From the NCBI GenBank assembly GCA_963774265.1, contig CAVZDU010000008.1:192001-256000 (forward strand): a stretch of DNA of 64,000 bases, written 5' to 3'. The position numbers were made by a program, and so were the translations under genes. Numbering within the stretch: position 1 is the first letter of the stretch; every line of letters begins with the position of its first letter. Origin of the DNA: an uncultured Chloroflexia bacterium. Lineage in GTDB: Bacteria; Chloroflexota; Anaerolineae; CG2-30-64-16. Below are positions 12,376-21,546 of this stretch, in pieces. Under the pieces are notes generated by a model, which saw nothing but the letters and a program-made list of their open reading frames with translations, did no database searches and had not been told where the DNA came from.

Positions 12376-15120
12376 ATGTCATCTTTTGAAATGCCTAAGA
12401 CCTATGATCCCAGCGCATCCGAGGCCAGGATCTACGACTGGTGGGAGGCGTCCGGCTTCTTCAAGCCTGAAATCGCAGCCCCCGACGCGGAGCCCTTCGT
12501 GATCTCGATACCGCCACCCAATATCACGGGTGAGCTGCACCTTGGCCACGCGATGTTCGTGTCGCTGGAAGACCTGATGATCCGCTACAAGCGCATGCGG
12601 GGTTACGCGGCGCTGTGGTTGCCGGGGTACGACCACGCAGGAATCGCTACGCAACTACAAGTTGAGAAGATGCTCACCAGAGAAGGAGTCCGACGGCAGG
12701 ACGTAGGCCGCGAGGAGTTCCTTCGCCGAACCTGGGAGTGGAAGGAGAAGTACGGCGGCCACATCGTGCGCCAGCTCCGTCGACTGGGCGCATCGTGCGA
12801 CTGGGATCGCCTGCGCTTCACCATGGACGACGGGTTGAGCCGTGCGGTGCGTGAAGCGTTCGTGCGCCTCTACCGCATGGGCCTGATCTACCGCGGAGAG
12901 TACCTGATCAACTGGTCGCCAGGCTTGCAGACTGCGGTCAGCGATCTGGAAGTGGAGTACAGCGAAGAAGAGGTCACCCTCTACCACTTCAAATATCCGA
13001 TTGCGGGCGCCAATCTGGACGATGGTCCAGGCAAAGGCTACATCCCGGTGGCGACCACGCGGCCCGAGACGATCCTGGGCGACACTGCTGTTGCCGTCCA
13101 TCCGGATGACGAGCGTTACCGGCACCTGATCGGAGCAACCTGTCTCGTGCCCATGCTGAAGCGCGCCATCCCCATCATTCACGACACCTACGTGGACATG
13201 GCTTTCGGCACCGGTGCGCTGAAAATCACACCTGGCCACGACCCGAACGACTTCGCCATCGGCCAACGGCATGGTCTTCAAATCATCAACGTGCTGGACC
13301 GCAACGTCAAGATGAGTGCGGCGGCAGGGCCGCATTACGCGGGCCTCGATCGCTTCGAATGCCGTAAGAAGCTGTGGGCCGACATGGAAGCTGCAGGCCT
13401 GACCATCAAAAGCGAGAAATACCGCACCCAGGTGCCCAGGTCCCAGCGCGGCGGCGAGATCGTAGAGCCGATGGTGAGCACCCAATGGTTCGTCAAGATC
13501 AAGCCGCTGGCCGACATGGGCCTCGAAGCCGTGCGATCGGGTCGCATCACCATCGTCCCGGACCGCTTCACCAAGGTATACTACAACTGGCTCGAAAACA
13601 TCCGTGATTGGTGCATCAGCCGGCAACTGTGGTGGGGCCACCGCATCCCCGCATGGCATTGCGCGGACTGTCGCGGCATGACCGTGGCCAAGACCGATCC
13701 GACCCGGTGCGAGCATTGCGGCTCAACCCGTATCGAGCAAGATCCGGACGTGCTGGACACGTGGTTCTCCTCCGGGCTGTGGCCCTTCTCAACCCTGGGC
13801 TGGCCCGACGACACGCCGGATCTGCGGCGTTTCTACCCAACAACGGTTATGGAGACCGCGTACGACATCCTGTTCTTTTGGGTGGCGCGCATGATCATGC
13901 AGGGCCTGGTTTTCACGAACGACATCCCGTTCGAAACGGTTTACCTGCACGGCATTATCCGGGATGATCAAGGTCGCAAGATGTCTAAGACAATCGGCAA
14001 CGTCTTGGACCCCATCGCTTTGCTGGATGGTGCGAAGCCAGAGGGCCTAGATAATTATGTACGCCACCAGTATCCGGACGGCATCCCAGCCATGGGCGCC
14101 GACGCGTTGCGCTTCACCCTGCTCACTGGGACCACTGCCGGCACTGACATGAACCTGAGCCTTCAACGTGTAGAGGGTAACCGCAATTTCACCAATAAGA
14201 TCTGGAACGCGACGCGCTACATCCTGTCGCAGCTCAACGATGACGCCGCAGCGACAATCGACCTGACCCAGGCGGAACTTGCGTTGCCTGAGCGTTGGAT
14301 TCTCAGTCGCCTGTCCGCCACAGTCGCGGATGCAACCCGGCTGATGGACACGTTCCAGTTCGGTGAGGCCGGCCGCCAGATCTATGACTTCTTCTGGAGC
14401 GAATTCTGCGACTGGTACCTCGAGATCAGCAAGATCACCATGTACCGCGGATCGAAAGAGGCCAAAGCTCGTACGCAGGCCGTGCTGATCCGTGTGCTGG
14501 ATGAGTCGCTGCGGCTGCTGCATCCGTTCATCCCGTTCGTAACCGAAGAGACATGGGGATATCTGAAGCAGGCTGTGAGCGCAGCAGACTGGCCTGCCGG
14601 CCTGATAGTTGCCCCGTGGCCAACGACCGCCCAGCGCGATGAGACGGCCGAGTCGGAGATGGGCCTGATCATGGAGATGGTGCGCGCGATACGCAACGCG
14701 CGCGCCGAGTACGACGTGAAACCGGGTCAGTTGCTGGCGGCCAGCATCGGCGCAGGCGACCGCGCAGAAGGATTGCGCCGACATGCGGAGATCCTTTGCA
14801 CCCTGGCCCGCCTGGATCCCGCGCGACTCACCATCGGTGAACAGGTCGACACGCCTGACAAGGCCCTGACCCTGGTGACAGGCTCAGTCACGGCTTACTT
14901 ACCTCTGGCCGACTTGATCGACTTTGAGGCGGAACGCATGCGGCTCGGAAAGGAGTTGGCGGACACGGAGTCACAGATCGCGCGTGGGCGGAATCTGCTT
15001 GATGGACCCTTCGCGCAGCGGGCGCCTGCCAATGTGGTACAACGCGAGCGTGACAAAGTGGCCGAACTGGAGGCGCGTGGGGCACGACTGCGCGAACGCC
15101 TTGCCGAACTCTCAGCTTGA
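12376..15120 (+). CDS. valS: Valine--tRNA ligase
   Basis: PPPNITGELHLGH (HIGH), DWCISRQLWWGH, KMSKT, C-terminal coiled coil. Confidence 0.98.
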   Translation: MSSFEMPKTYDPSASEARIYDWWEASGFFKPEIAAPDAEPFVISIPPPNITGELHLGHAMFVSLEDLMIRYKRMRGYAALWLPGYDHAGIATQLQVEKMLTREGVRRQDVGREEFLRRTWEWKEKYGGHIVRQLRRLGASCDWDRLRFTMDDGLSRAVREAFVRLYRMGLIYRGEYLINWSPGLQTAVSDLEVEYSEEEVTLYHFKYPIAGANLDDGPGKGYIPVATTRPETILGDTAVAVHPDDERYRHLIGATCLVPMLKRAIPIIHDTYVDMAFGTGALKITPGHDPNDFAIGQRHGLQIINVLDRNVKMSAAAGPHYAGLDRFECRKKLWADMEAAGLTIKSEKYRTQVPRSQRGGEIVEPMVSTQWFVKIKPLADMGLEAVRSGRITIVPDRFTKVYYNWLENIRDWCISRQLWWGHRIPAWHCADCRGMTVAKTDPTRCEHCGSTRIEQDPDVLDTWFSSGLWPFSTLGWPDDTPDLRRFYPTTVMETAYDILFFWVARMIMQGLVFTNDIPFETVYLHGIIRDDQGRKMSKTIGNVLDPIALLDGAKPEGLDNYVRHQYPDGIPAMGADALRFTLLTGTTAGTDMNLSLQRVEGNRNFTNKIWNATRYILSQLNDDAAATIDLTQAELALPERWILSRLSATVADATRLMDTFQFGEAGRQIYDFFWSEFCDWYLEISKITMYRGSKEAKARTQAVLIRVLDESLRLLHPFIPFVTEETWGYLKQAVSAADWPAGLIVAPWPTTAQRDETAESEMGLIMEMVRAIRNARAEYDVKPGQLLAASIGAGDRAEGLRRHAEILCTLARLDPARLTIGEQVDTPDKALTLVTGSVTAYLPLADLIDFEAERMRLGKELADTESQIARGRNLLDGPFAQRAPANVVQRERDKVAELEARGARLRERLAELSA

Positions 15121-15228
15121 CGCGAAGCAGGTCTGGCGTCCATTAGCCCAACGCAGACTGACGCCACGCGCAATTTTCTTGGGAGATTTCTACTGTCATG
15201 CCCTACTCCATTCCTGAATGCGAGATGC

Positions 15229-15284
15229 ATGACATTTATCACATGACTTAGATCATAGACAAACGCGAACAAAGTGCGTAACAT
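15229..15284 (+). promoter_or_regulatory. Tandem ATGAC-N4-RTCAY sites plus -10 box
   Basis: ATGAC-ATTT-ATCAC (15229-15242), ATGAC-TTAG-ATCAT (15243-15256), TAACAT at 15279. Confidence 0.55.
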
Positions 15285-15400
15285 ACTCGATAAGACAGGC
15301 GTATCGATCGCAGCATCATTGCTCATCGCAGCATCATCGCAGCAGCCCTGATACGCCTGATCTCAGACATAGTCAGGCCGCTCCATTGCCTGTCACAAAT

Positions 15401-15442
15401 CCCTGGTGGTGAAGGCCGTCGCTTCCCACCGGGGGTTTTTTG
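15401..15442 (+). terminator. Intrinsic terminator upstream of the small ORF (end of a leader or sRNA)
   Basis: CCCTGGTGG...CCACCGGGG stem followed by TTTTTT. Confidence 0.75.
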
Positions 15443-15470
15443 TGCTAAGCTCTGGGACAGAGAGGATGGT

Positions 15471-15731
15471 ATGGACAAAATTCTCGTGACAATCGGCGGT
15501 CAACCCGTATATCGAAAAGGCGAGGCGCCTGACCTCGGGCCTGCAACATCATATCGAGACGCGCGTGACGCGTCGGGGCATCTGCTTGCGAACACCGAGA
15601 TGTCGCCCAGTGGTTGGGTAAGCGGTGGTAACGAAGAAACTATCGAGGCCGGTCTGCCTTTTCTCGGCGCTTTCTTGGCCGTCATCCTGTTTACAATCGT
15701 CGCACTGATTCTGGCCAAACGAACTCGATAG
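15471..15731 (+). CDS. Small hypothetical protein with C-terminal membrane anchor
   Basis: GAGG RBS; 86 aa ending in hydrophobic LPFLGAFLAVILFTIVALIL followed by AKRTR. Confidence 0.6.
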   Translation: MDKILVTIGGQPVYRKGEAPDLGPATSYRDARDASGHLLANTEMSPSGWVSGGNEETIEAGLPFLGAFLAVILFTIVALILAKRTR

Positions 15732-15814
15732 ACCCCCATCTTAGCACTTTGCAGCGGCGCGCTTCGCCAGCGTTGCCCTTCATGACTGTCACTAATAAAA
15801 CAAGTCCTCTGAGC

Positions 15815-15856
15815 ATGACGGGCGTCATATAGTGCGCACAATAACAGAGTTATAAT
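15815..15856 (+). promoter_or_regulatory. ATGAC-N4-GTCAT palindrome plus TATAAT, promoter of the cytochrome operon
   Basis: ATGAC-GGGC-GTCAT at 15815-15828; TATAAT at 15851. Confidence 0.6.
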
Positions 15857-15912
15857 ATCCGTCTGTGCCTTTCCGCGCTTAACCACACTAGATCGCATAG
15901 AGGAGAGAGCTT

Positions 15913-17007
15913 ATGACCGTTGCTTGCCCTGGCAGGCAGCATTTGCGATGGATTGTCGCAGCAGGCCTGGCGTGTCTGCTCTTTGTCGCGCTGGTCGCCG
16001 GCGCCAACGCCCAGGCGGGCGACAATTCCACCTGTCTTGGCTGCCATACGACACCCGGGTTGAGCGTTGAGCTCGCCAGTGGCGAAACCTTGCCCCTTAT
16101 CATCGACCCCCAAGTCTACGGGGCGTCCGTGCACGCCAGTCAGACCTGTACATCTTGCCACACGAACATTGATGGTTACCCGCACCCGAAAGTAACCGCG
16201 GGCGACCGTCGTTCGTTTCAGATGGAACGCTACCAGCAATGCCGGAGTTGTCACGAGGATCAATACAGGCAGTCGCTGGACAGCAACCATGCGCGGGAAC
16301 TGGCGGCCGGTAATCGCAATGCGGCTATCTGCACCGACTGTCACGGCGCACACAACGTGACCAAAGCCGATTCGCCGCGACAGAAAGTCTCCACCACCTG
16401 CCAAAAATGCCACAGTGCGATTTACGATCAGTACGCAACGAGCATTCATGGCGCGGCCTTGCTGGATGACAGCAACCCGGACGTGCCAACGTGCACCAAT
16501 TGCCACGGCGCACACACGCAGGAAGACCCGACCACCGCGGCCTTCCGTCTGAAGTCGCCCAACATCTGCGGCGACTGTCATGCCAACGCGGCGCTGATGC
16601 AAAAGTATGGCATCTCGACGCAGGTCTTCACTACCTACGTGGCTGACTTCCACGGCACGACCGTGACTTTGTTTGAGCGCCAGCACCCTGACCAGCCGAC
16701 CAACAAGGCCGTCTGCACGGATTGCCACGGCGTGCACAACATCGCGCCGGTCACAGGCGAAAAGACCGAGGTAGTCAAGCAGAACCTGCTGGTGACCTGT
16801 CAACGCTGTCACCCCGAAGCCACGGCAAACTTCCCGGATAGTTGGGTGGGCCACTTTGTACCGAGCCCCACCAATCAGCCGTTGGTGTATTACGTCAACC
16901 TTTTCTACAAGATCCTTATCCCAGGTGTGATCGGTGCCATGCTGCTATTTGTCGGCCTTGATCTTGTGAGCCGGATCGTGCGTCGCACCCGGCGGAAGGA
17001 GGCGTGA
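15913..17007 (+). CDS. Nine-heme cytochrome c with C-terminal TM anchor (CbcL N-domain-like)
   Basis: Signal peptide (ANA-Q), 9 CxxCH motifs, C-terminal TM; AGGAG RBS. Confidence 0.92.
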   Translation: MTVACPGRQHLRWIVAAGLACLLFVALVAGANAQAGDNSTCLGCHTTPGLSVELASGETLPLIIDPQVYGASVHASQTCTSCHTNIDGYPHPKVTAGDRRSFQMERYQQCRSCHEDQYRQSLDSNHARELAAGNRNAAICTDCHGAHNVTKADSPRQKVSTTCQKCHSAIYDQYATSIHGAALLDDSNPDVPTCTNCHGAHTQEDPTTAAFRLKSPNICGDCHANAALMQKYGISTQVFTTYVADFHGTTVTLFERQHPDQPTNKAVCTDCHGVHNIAPVTGEKTEVVKQNLLVTCQRCHPEATANFPDSWVGHFVPSPTNQPLVYYVNLFYKILIPGVIGAMLLFVGLDLVSRIVRRTRRKEA

Positions 17008-17008
17008 G

Positions 17009-18691
17009 ATGGCAACACAACAAATGACCGACAGTCATGCCTCCAATAAGTACTACGATCGCTTCACCGTTGTGCAGCGCATTGAGCATTTCGTCTTAAT
17101 CCTCACCTTCTCAACCTTGGCCATCACTGGTCTGCCGCAGAAGTTCGTGGGCAACGCGTTTGCCGAAGGGATGATCGCGGTCCTGGGTGGCATCGAGGTG
17201 GTGCGCATCATCCACCGCATCGCCGCCATCGGCATCGTGATTCAAAGCGTCTACCACGTTCTGGTTCTCGGTTACAAGGTCTGGGTGCGCCGAACCGAAA
17301 TGACGATGCTGCCCGGCCTCAAGGACGTCACCGATGCGGTCGACGTGGTCCGCTACAACCTGGGCCTCACCAAGGACCATCCCAAAATGCCCCGTTACAA
17401 CTTCGGAGAGAAGGTGGAGTACTGGGCGATGGTTTGGGGCACTGTCATGATGGCCATCACAGGGTTCATGTTGTGGAATCCCATCGCCGCTTCGCGTTTT
17501 CTGCCCGGGCAGGCTATCCCGGCGGCCAAGGCCGCTCACGGGGCTGAGGCGCTCCTTGCGGTGCTGGCGATCCTCATCTGGCACTTCTATAACGTGCACG
17601 TAAAGTCGCTCAACAAGAGCATGTTCAACGGCAAGATGGCGCATCACCAAATGGAAGAGGAACACGGCGCGGAACTCCATCAGCGCGTCGCCGGTCTCGC
17701 GCGCCCCGCCCCAAGCCCGGAGGGCGTCCACCACCGTGAACGTATCTATCTGCCCATCGCGATTGTCCTGTCGCTCGTTCTGGGTCTCGGCCTCTTCTGG
17801 TTCGCCACTTTCGAGGAGACGGCCATCGCCACGTTGCCTGCGCAGGCGACCCGGGTACCCGCATTCTCGCCGCTAGCGCCCACTCCCGAGCCCACGAGCG
17901 CGCCACGGGTGGTTGCAGCGTCAATCCCGCACCCAATCGAGGGACAGGAACAGTGTGAGACGTGTCACGGGATCAACGCCATGAAACCCTTCCCCGTTGA
18001 CCACGTAGGGCGTTCCAACGAGTCATGTACGGTCTGCCATCTGCCTGGCCCAACGCCTGAGCCAGGCGCAACCGCCGAGAACGGCGCGGCTGCGGGCGGT
18101 CCCGGAGCCATCCCGGCCAATCATGATCTGACCAGCGACACGTACAAGGACTGCACGACCTGTCATGGATCGGGCAAAATCAAGCCGTATCCTGCGAACC
18201 ACGAGGCTTTCCCACAGGACAACTGTACGGCGTGCCACAAGCCGGCGGGCGAGGGCGCCAGTACCTCGACGGGCGGCGCAACGGGCGATACCGGTGCGAC
18301 CGGGGAAACCGCGGGTGGTCCGAAACCCGTGCCTGCCAACCACGATCTGACTAGCGACACGTACAAGGACTGCACGACCTGTCATGGATCGGGCAAAATC
18401 AAGCCGTACCCCGCGAACCACGAGGCTTTCCCACAGGACAACTGTACGGCGTGCCACAAGCCGGCGGGCGAGGGCGCCAGTACCTCGACGGGCGGCGCAA
18501 CGGGCGATACCGGTGCGACCGGGGAAACCGCGGGTGGTCCGAAACCCGTGCCTGCCAACCACGATCTGACTAGCGACACGTACAAGGACTGCACGACCTG
18601 TCATGGATCGGGCAAAATCAAGCCGTACCCCGCGAACCACGAGGCTTTCCCACAGGACAACTGTACGGCGTGCCACAAGCCGGCAGAGTAA
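17009..18691 (+). CDS. FdnI/HydC-type cytochrome b fused to eight c-type heme motifs
   Basis: RIEH, ITGLP, IHR, RYNFGEKVEYW, AHGAEA and WHFY cytochrome b motifs; fifth TM, then 8 CxxCH. Confidence 0.9.
   Translation: MATQQMTDSHASNKYYDRFTVVQRIEHFVLILTFSTLAITGLPQKFVGNAFAEGMIAVLGGIEVVRIIHRIAAIGIVIQSVYHVLVLGYKVWVRRTEMTMLPGLKDVTDAVDVVRYNLGLTKDHPKMPRYNFGEKVEYWAMVWGTVMMAITGFMLWNPIAASRFLPGQAIPAAKAAHGAEALLAVLAILIWHFYNVHVKSLNKSMFNGKMAHHQMEEEHGAELHQRVAGLARPAPSPEGVHHRERIYLPIAIVLSLVLGLGLFWFATFEETAIATLPAQATRVPAFSPLAPTPEPTSAPRVVAASIPHPIEGQEQCETCHGINAMKPFPVDHVGRSNESCTVCHLPGPTPEPGATAENGAAAGGPGAIPANHDLTSDTYKDCTTCHGSGKIKPYPANHEAFPQDNCTACHKPAGEGASTSTGGATGDTGATGETAGGPKPVPANHDLTSDTYKDCTTCHGSGKIKPYPANHEAFPQDNCTACHKPAGEGASTSTGGATGDTGATGETAGGPKPVPANHDLTSDTYKDCTTCHGSGKIKPYPANHEAFPQDNCTACHKPAE
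18113..18684 (+). repeat. 219-bp intragenic tandem repeat (2.6 copies; diheme unit plus linker)
   Basis: Units start at 18113, 18332 and 18551; each encodes PANHDLTSDTYKDCTTCH...DNCTACHKPA, the first two followed by a Gly/Thr linker. Confidence 0.95.
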
Positions 18692-18718
18692 AGGCCAGCT
18701 GTTATAAATAGAGTACAG

Positions 18719-18753
18719 CGGGCGGGGCCGATACGGCCCCGCCCGTTCATTTT
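18719..18753. terminator. Terminator hairpin between convergent genes
   Basis: CGGGCGGGGCCG-ATA-CGGCCCCGCCCG followed by TTCATTTT. Confidence 0.8.
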
Positions 18754-18769
18754 CTGCCTGAATCTTCTC

Positions 18770-19799
18770 CTACGGCACGATCACCGTCCGTACTTCCCCT
18801 CCCCATCGCTCCAGCGCATCCAACGCGTCGTTGATTGCATTCGCTTCCAGCGGCACGGTCTTCGTCACCCCGTGTGACAAGTCCAATACCCCGCGCCGAG
18901 CGAACTCCATCAGCAGCGGAAACTCCTGCAACAGGTGGTCTGACACGCCGACGATCTCAGCCTCGCGGCCGATGACTTCCTGATATGAATCCACTTCAAA
19001 CGGCACACGCGTGATACCTGCCAGGGCGGCGCGGCCCTGTACGCCCAACACCTGCACGGCCTGGCGCATCGTAACAGGCAGACCGATGAGTTCCAGCGCA
19101 ACATCCACGCCTTTGCCGTGGGTCAACTGGCGAATGAGGCCAACCGGATCCACGTCCGCCGCAAGGACCGGGATGGCGCCGAACTTAGCTGCCAACACCA
19201 GCTTGTCACGGTTGATGTCCACCGCGTACACCTCGGCTGCGCCGAGGCCCTTTGCCAGTTGGATCGCGGACATGCCCAACCCACCTGCGCCGAACACGGC
19301 GACCGTCTCGCCCGGACGCAGACGTGCCTTGCGCAACGCATGAAACGACGTCGAGGACGAACACATCATGATCGCACCCTGCTCGAACCCAACTTCGTCG
19401 GGAAGTGACACCACACCGCGTTCGGGGACGGTGATACATTCCGCATAACCACCGTCGCGGTGCTTACCCAGCATCTGTGCGGTCTCGCAGAACTGCTCCT
19501 GACCGCGATTGCAGTGATAACACTGCCCGCAGGTGACGAGGTAGTGCAGGGCGACGCGATCTCCGATGCGCACCCGCGCCGTCCCCGCCCCCAGCGCCTC
19601 AACGACACCTGCCACCTCGTGACCCAGCGTGACGGGCAGCGGTCCAGCATACGACACGCCCACGCGATAGTGTGCATCAGAATGGCATATCCCAGCAGCC
19701 TTGATGCGAACCAGCACCTCGCCGTACCCCGGCGTCGGGGTTGGCGTCTCCTGGCCTTCGAGCGGCCTACCAATTTCCGGTTAATCGAACGGCTTTCAC
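18770..19799 (-). CDS. Zn-dependent alcohol dehydrogenase (frameshift near 19775)
   Basis: GTG start at 19799 after GGAGG (VKAVRLT); one extra base shifts the frame to IGRPLEG...; GICHSD, GHE, CGQCYHC...C, GAGGLG. Confidence 0.88.
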
Positions 19800-19988
19800 T
19801 GAACTTTCCTCCATGCTGTCATTGACAGTGCGGGATACTTGTGTTAAACAGAACTGAACTTTACCACGAAGACACCAAGAAACGAAGCGCTTCCACGCCC
19901 TGTGTGGACCTTCCCCTCCTGGCGCCTTCGTCCCTGAATCGAGGCGACCACCAGGTATCATATCACCACGAGGAGGTTCGAAGTCTAT

Positions 19989-21089
19989 ATGAATTCAAGA
20001 GAACGCGTTCTTCGCGCCCTATCGCGCACTGGTCTGCCGGACCGGGCGCCGCTCCAGTTTGACCTGTCGCGCACCCTGGCCGAACAATTCGCCGCCAAAT
20101 ATGGGTTGGCGCCTCATTTCACCACATCCTACTACGAGGATGTGACCTATCGACTCTCCAACAACGGCCTGCGAGTCGCAATGGGCAGCGACTGCGTAAT
20201 CGTTGGCGCCAGCCTGCCGCGCGGCTACCAGCATCCAGTCGACGAAGGCGGCCTCATCATCAACGAATTCGGTATGAAGATGCGCGAGGGGGCGATCTAC
20301 ATGGAGGTGGTTGTCCACCCGCTGGCCCACGTGCAGAGCGCGGCCGAAATCGAGGCATTCCCCTTCCCCGATCCCCTGGCTGAAGGCCGATACGACGACG
20401 CGGTGTGCGACATCGCAAAGTTCAAGGGCGAATACTTCGTCATCGGCGATGTGGAGCTGACGATGTTCGACATGATGCAGCAGCTTGTCGGGCTGGAGAA
20501 GCTCCTCATCGACATGGCACAGGGCGCGGAGTACCTGGAACCATTGATGGACAAGTGCCGGGTATTTGCGACGGAGATCGGCAAAAGGCTGGTGAGCCTC
20601 GGCGTCGATGCGGTGTGGACCGGCGATGACTTCGGCGCCCAGAATGGGATGTTGATCTCCCCGCGCATGTGGCGCCGCTACTTTAAGGATCGCTATCGCC
20701 AGATCTATGCGGACTTCAAGGCCGTCAATCCTAACCTAATCATCTGCCAACACTGCGACGGAGCCGTCGCACCCATCCTGAACGACTGGATCGAGGTGGG
20801 ATTGGAAGTGTTCAACCCGGTGCAGCCAAACGTGCCCGGCCACGAGCCGGAAGATCTCAAGAGCAAATTCGGCGACCGGCTGTCCTTCTGGGGCGCGATT
20901 GACCAGCAGAGACTACTTCCGTTCGGCACGCCGGAGCAGATCGAAGAGGATGTGAGGACGAAAATCCAGGTCCTGGGCCGTGGCGGTGGCTACATGGTGT
21001 CGCCCGCGCACATCATCCAGGGCGATACGTCGGTCGAGAATGTTGAGGCCTTCATTGCCGCCGTGAAGAAACATGGCGCGTACGCCTGA
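19989..21089 (+). CDS. Uroporphyrinogen decarboxylase / MtaA-CmuA family protein
   Basis: MNSRERV, PDRAP, GDDFGAQ, ISP, HCDG, NPVQ, FWGAID, PFGTPE, PAHIIQ. Confidence 0.88.
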   Translation: MNSRERVLRALSRTGLPDRAPLQFDLSRTLAEQFAAKYGLAPHFTTSYYEDVTYRLSNNGLRVAMGSDCVIVGASLPRGYQHPVDEGGLIINEFGMKMREGAIYMEVVVHPLAHVQSAAEIEAFPFPDPLAEGRYDDAVCDIAKFKGEYFVIGDVELTMFDMMQQLVGLEKLLIDMAQGAEYLEPLMDKCRVFATEIGKRLVSLGVDAVWTGDDFGAQNGMLISPRMWRRYFKDRYRQIYADFKAVNPNLIICQHCDGAVAPILNDWIEVGLEVFNPVQPNVPGHEPEDLKSKFGDRLSFWGAIDQQRLLPFGTPEQIEEDVRTKIQVLGRGGGYMVSPAHIIQGDTSVENVEAFIAAVKKHGAYA

Positions 21090-21148
21090 GGAGTCTGTAC
21101 CAATCGCCGCGGGAATTCCCCCCGGGGCTATGGAAAGGAGAGGGCTTG

Positions 21149-21469
21149 ATGGAACGTGTAGGTTTCTTGCTTAAGGTCAAGCAAGAGATGATCCCCGAAT
21201 ACATCCGGCGTCACGAGAGTGTGTGGCCTGAGATGTTGGCAGCCTTACACCGCACCGGCTGGCACAACTACTCACTGTTCATGCGGCCAGATGGTCTGCT
21301 TCTCGGCTACTTCGAGACGCCAGAAAGCTTCCAGGCCGCACTGGATGGGATGAGCCGAGAGGAAATCAATGCCAAGTGGCAGGACTTCATGGCCCCTTAT
21401 TTCGAGGGCATCGGCGGCCATGCAGATGAGAATATGGTGGAGTTGCAGGAGGTCTTCCACCTGGATTAA
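21149..21469 (+). CDS. rhaM: L-rhamnose mutarotase
   Basis: EYIRRHESVWPEM, GWHNYSLF, KWQDFM, EVFHLD. Confidence 0.88.
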   Translation: MERVGFLLKVKQEMIPEYIRRHESVWPEMLAALHRTGWHNYSLFMRPDGLLLGYFETPESFQAALDGMSREEINAKWQDFMAPYFEGIGGHADENMVELQEVFHLD

Positions 21470-21493
21470 GCCTACTGCCACCTTAACGATCAA

Positions 21494-21526
21494 GGGCTCA
21501 GAGGAGCAACATCACCCTCTGAGCCC
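21494..21526. terminator. Hairpin between convergent genes
   Basis: GGGCTCAGAGG / CCTCTGAGCCC inverted repeat. Confidence 0.6.
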
Positions 21527-21546
21527 CGGGGCCACTGTGCAGTTCG

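Noticed and set aside
15250-15300. c-di-GMP-I riboswitch or leader peptide
   Set aside because: No GNRA tetraloop/GCAAA core match and no start codon with RBS; the region fits a promoter better
18113-18684. CRISPR or mobile-element repeat
   Set aside because: In-frame coding repeat of a diheme module
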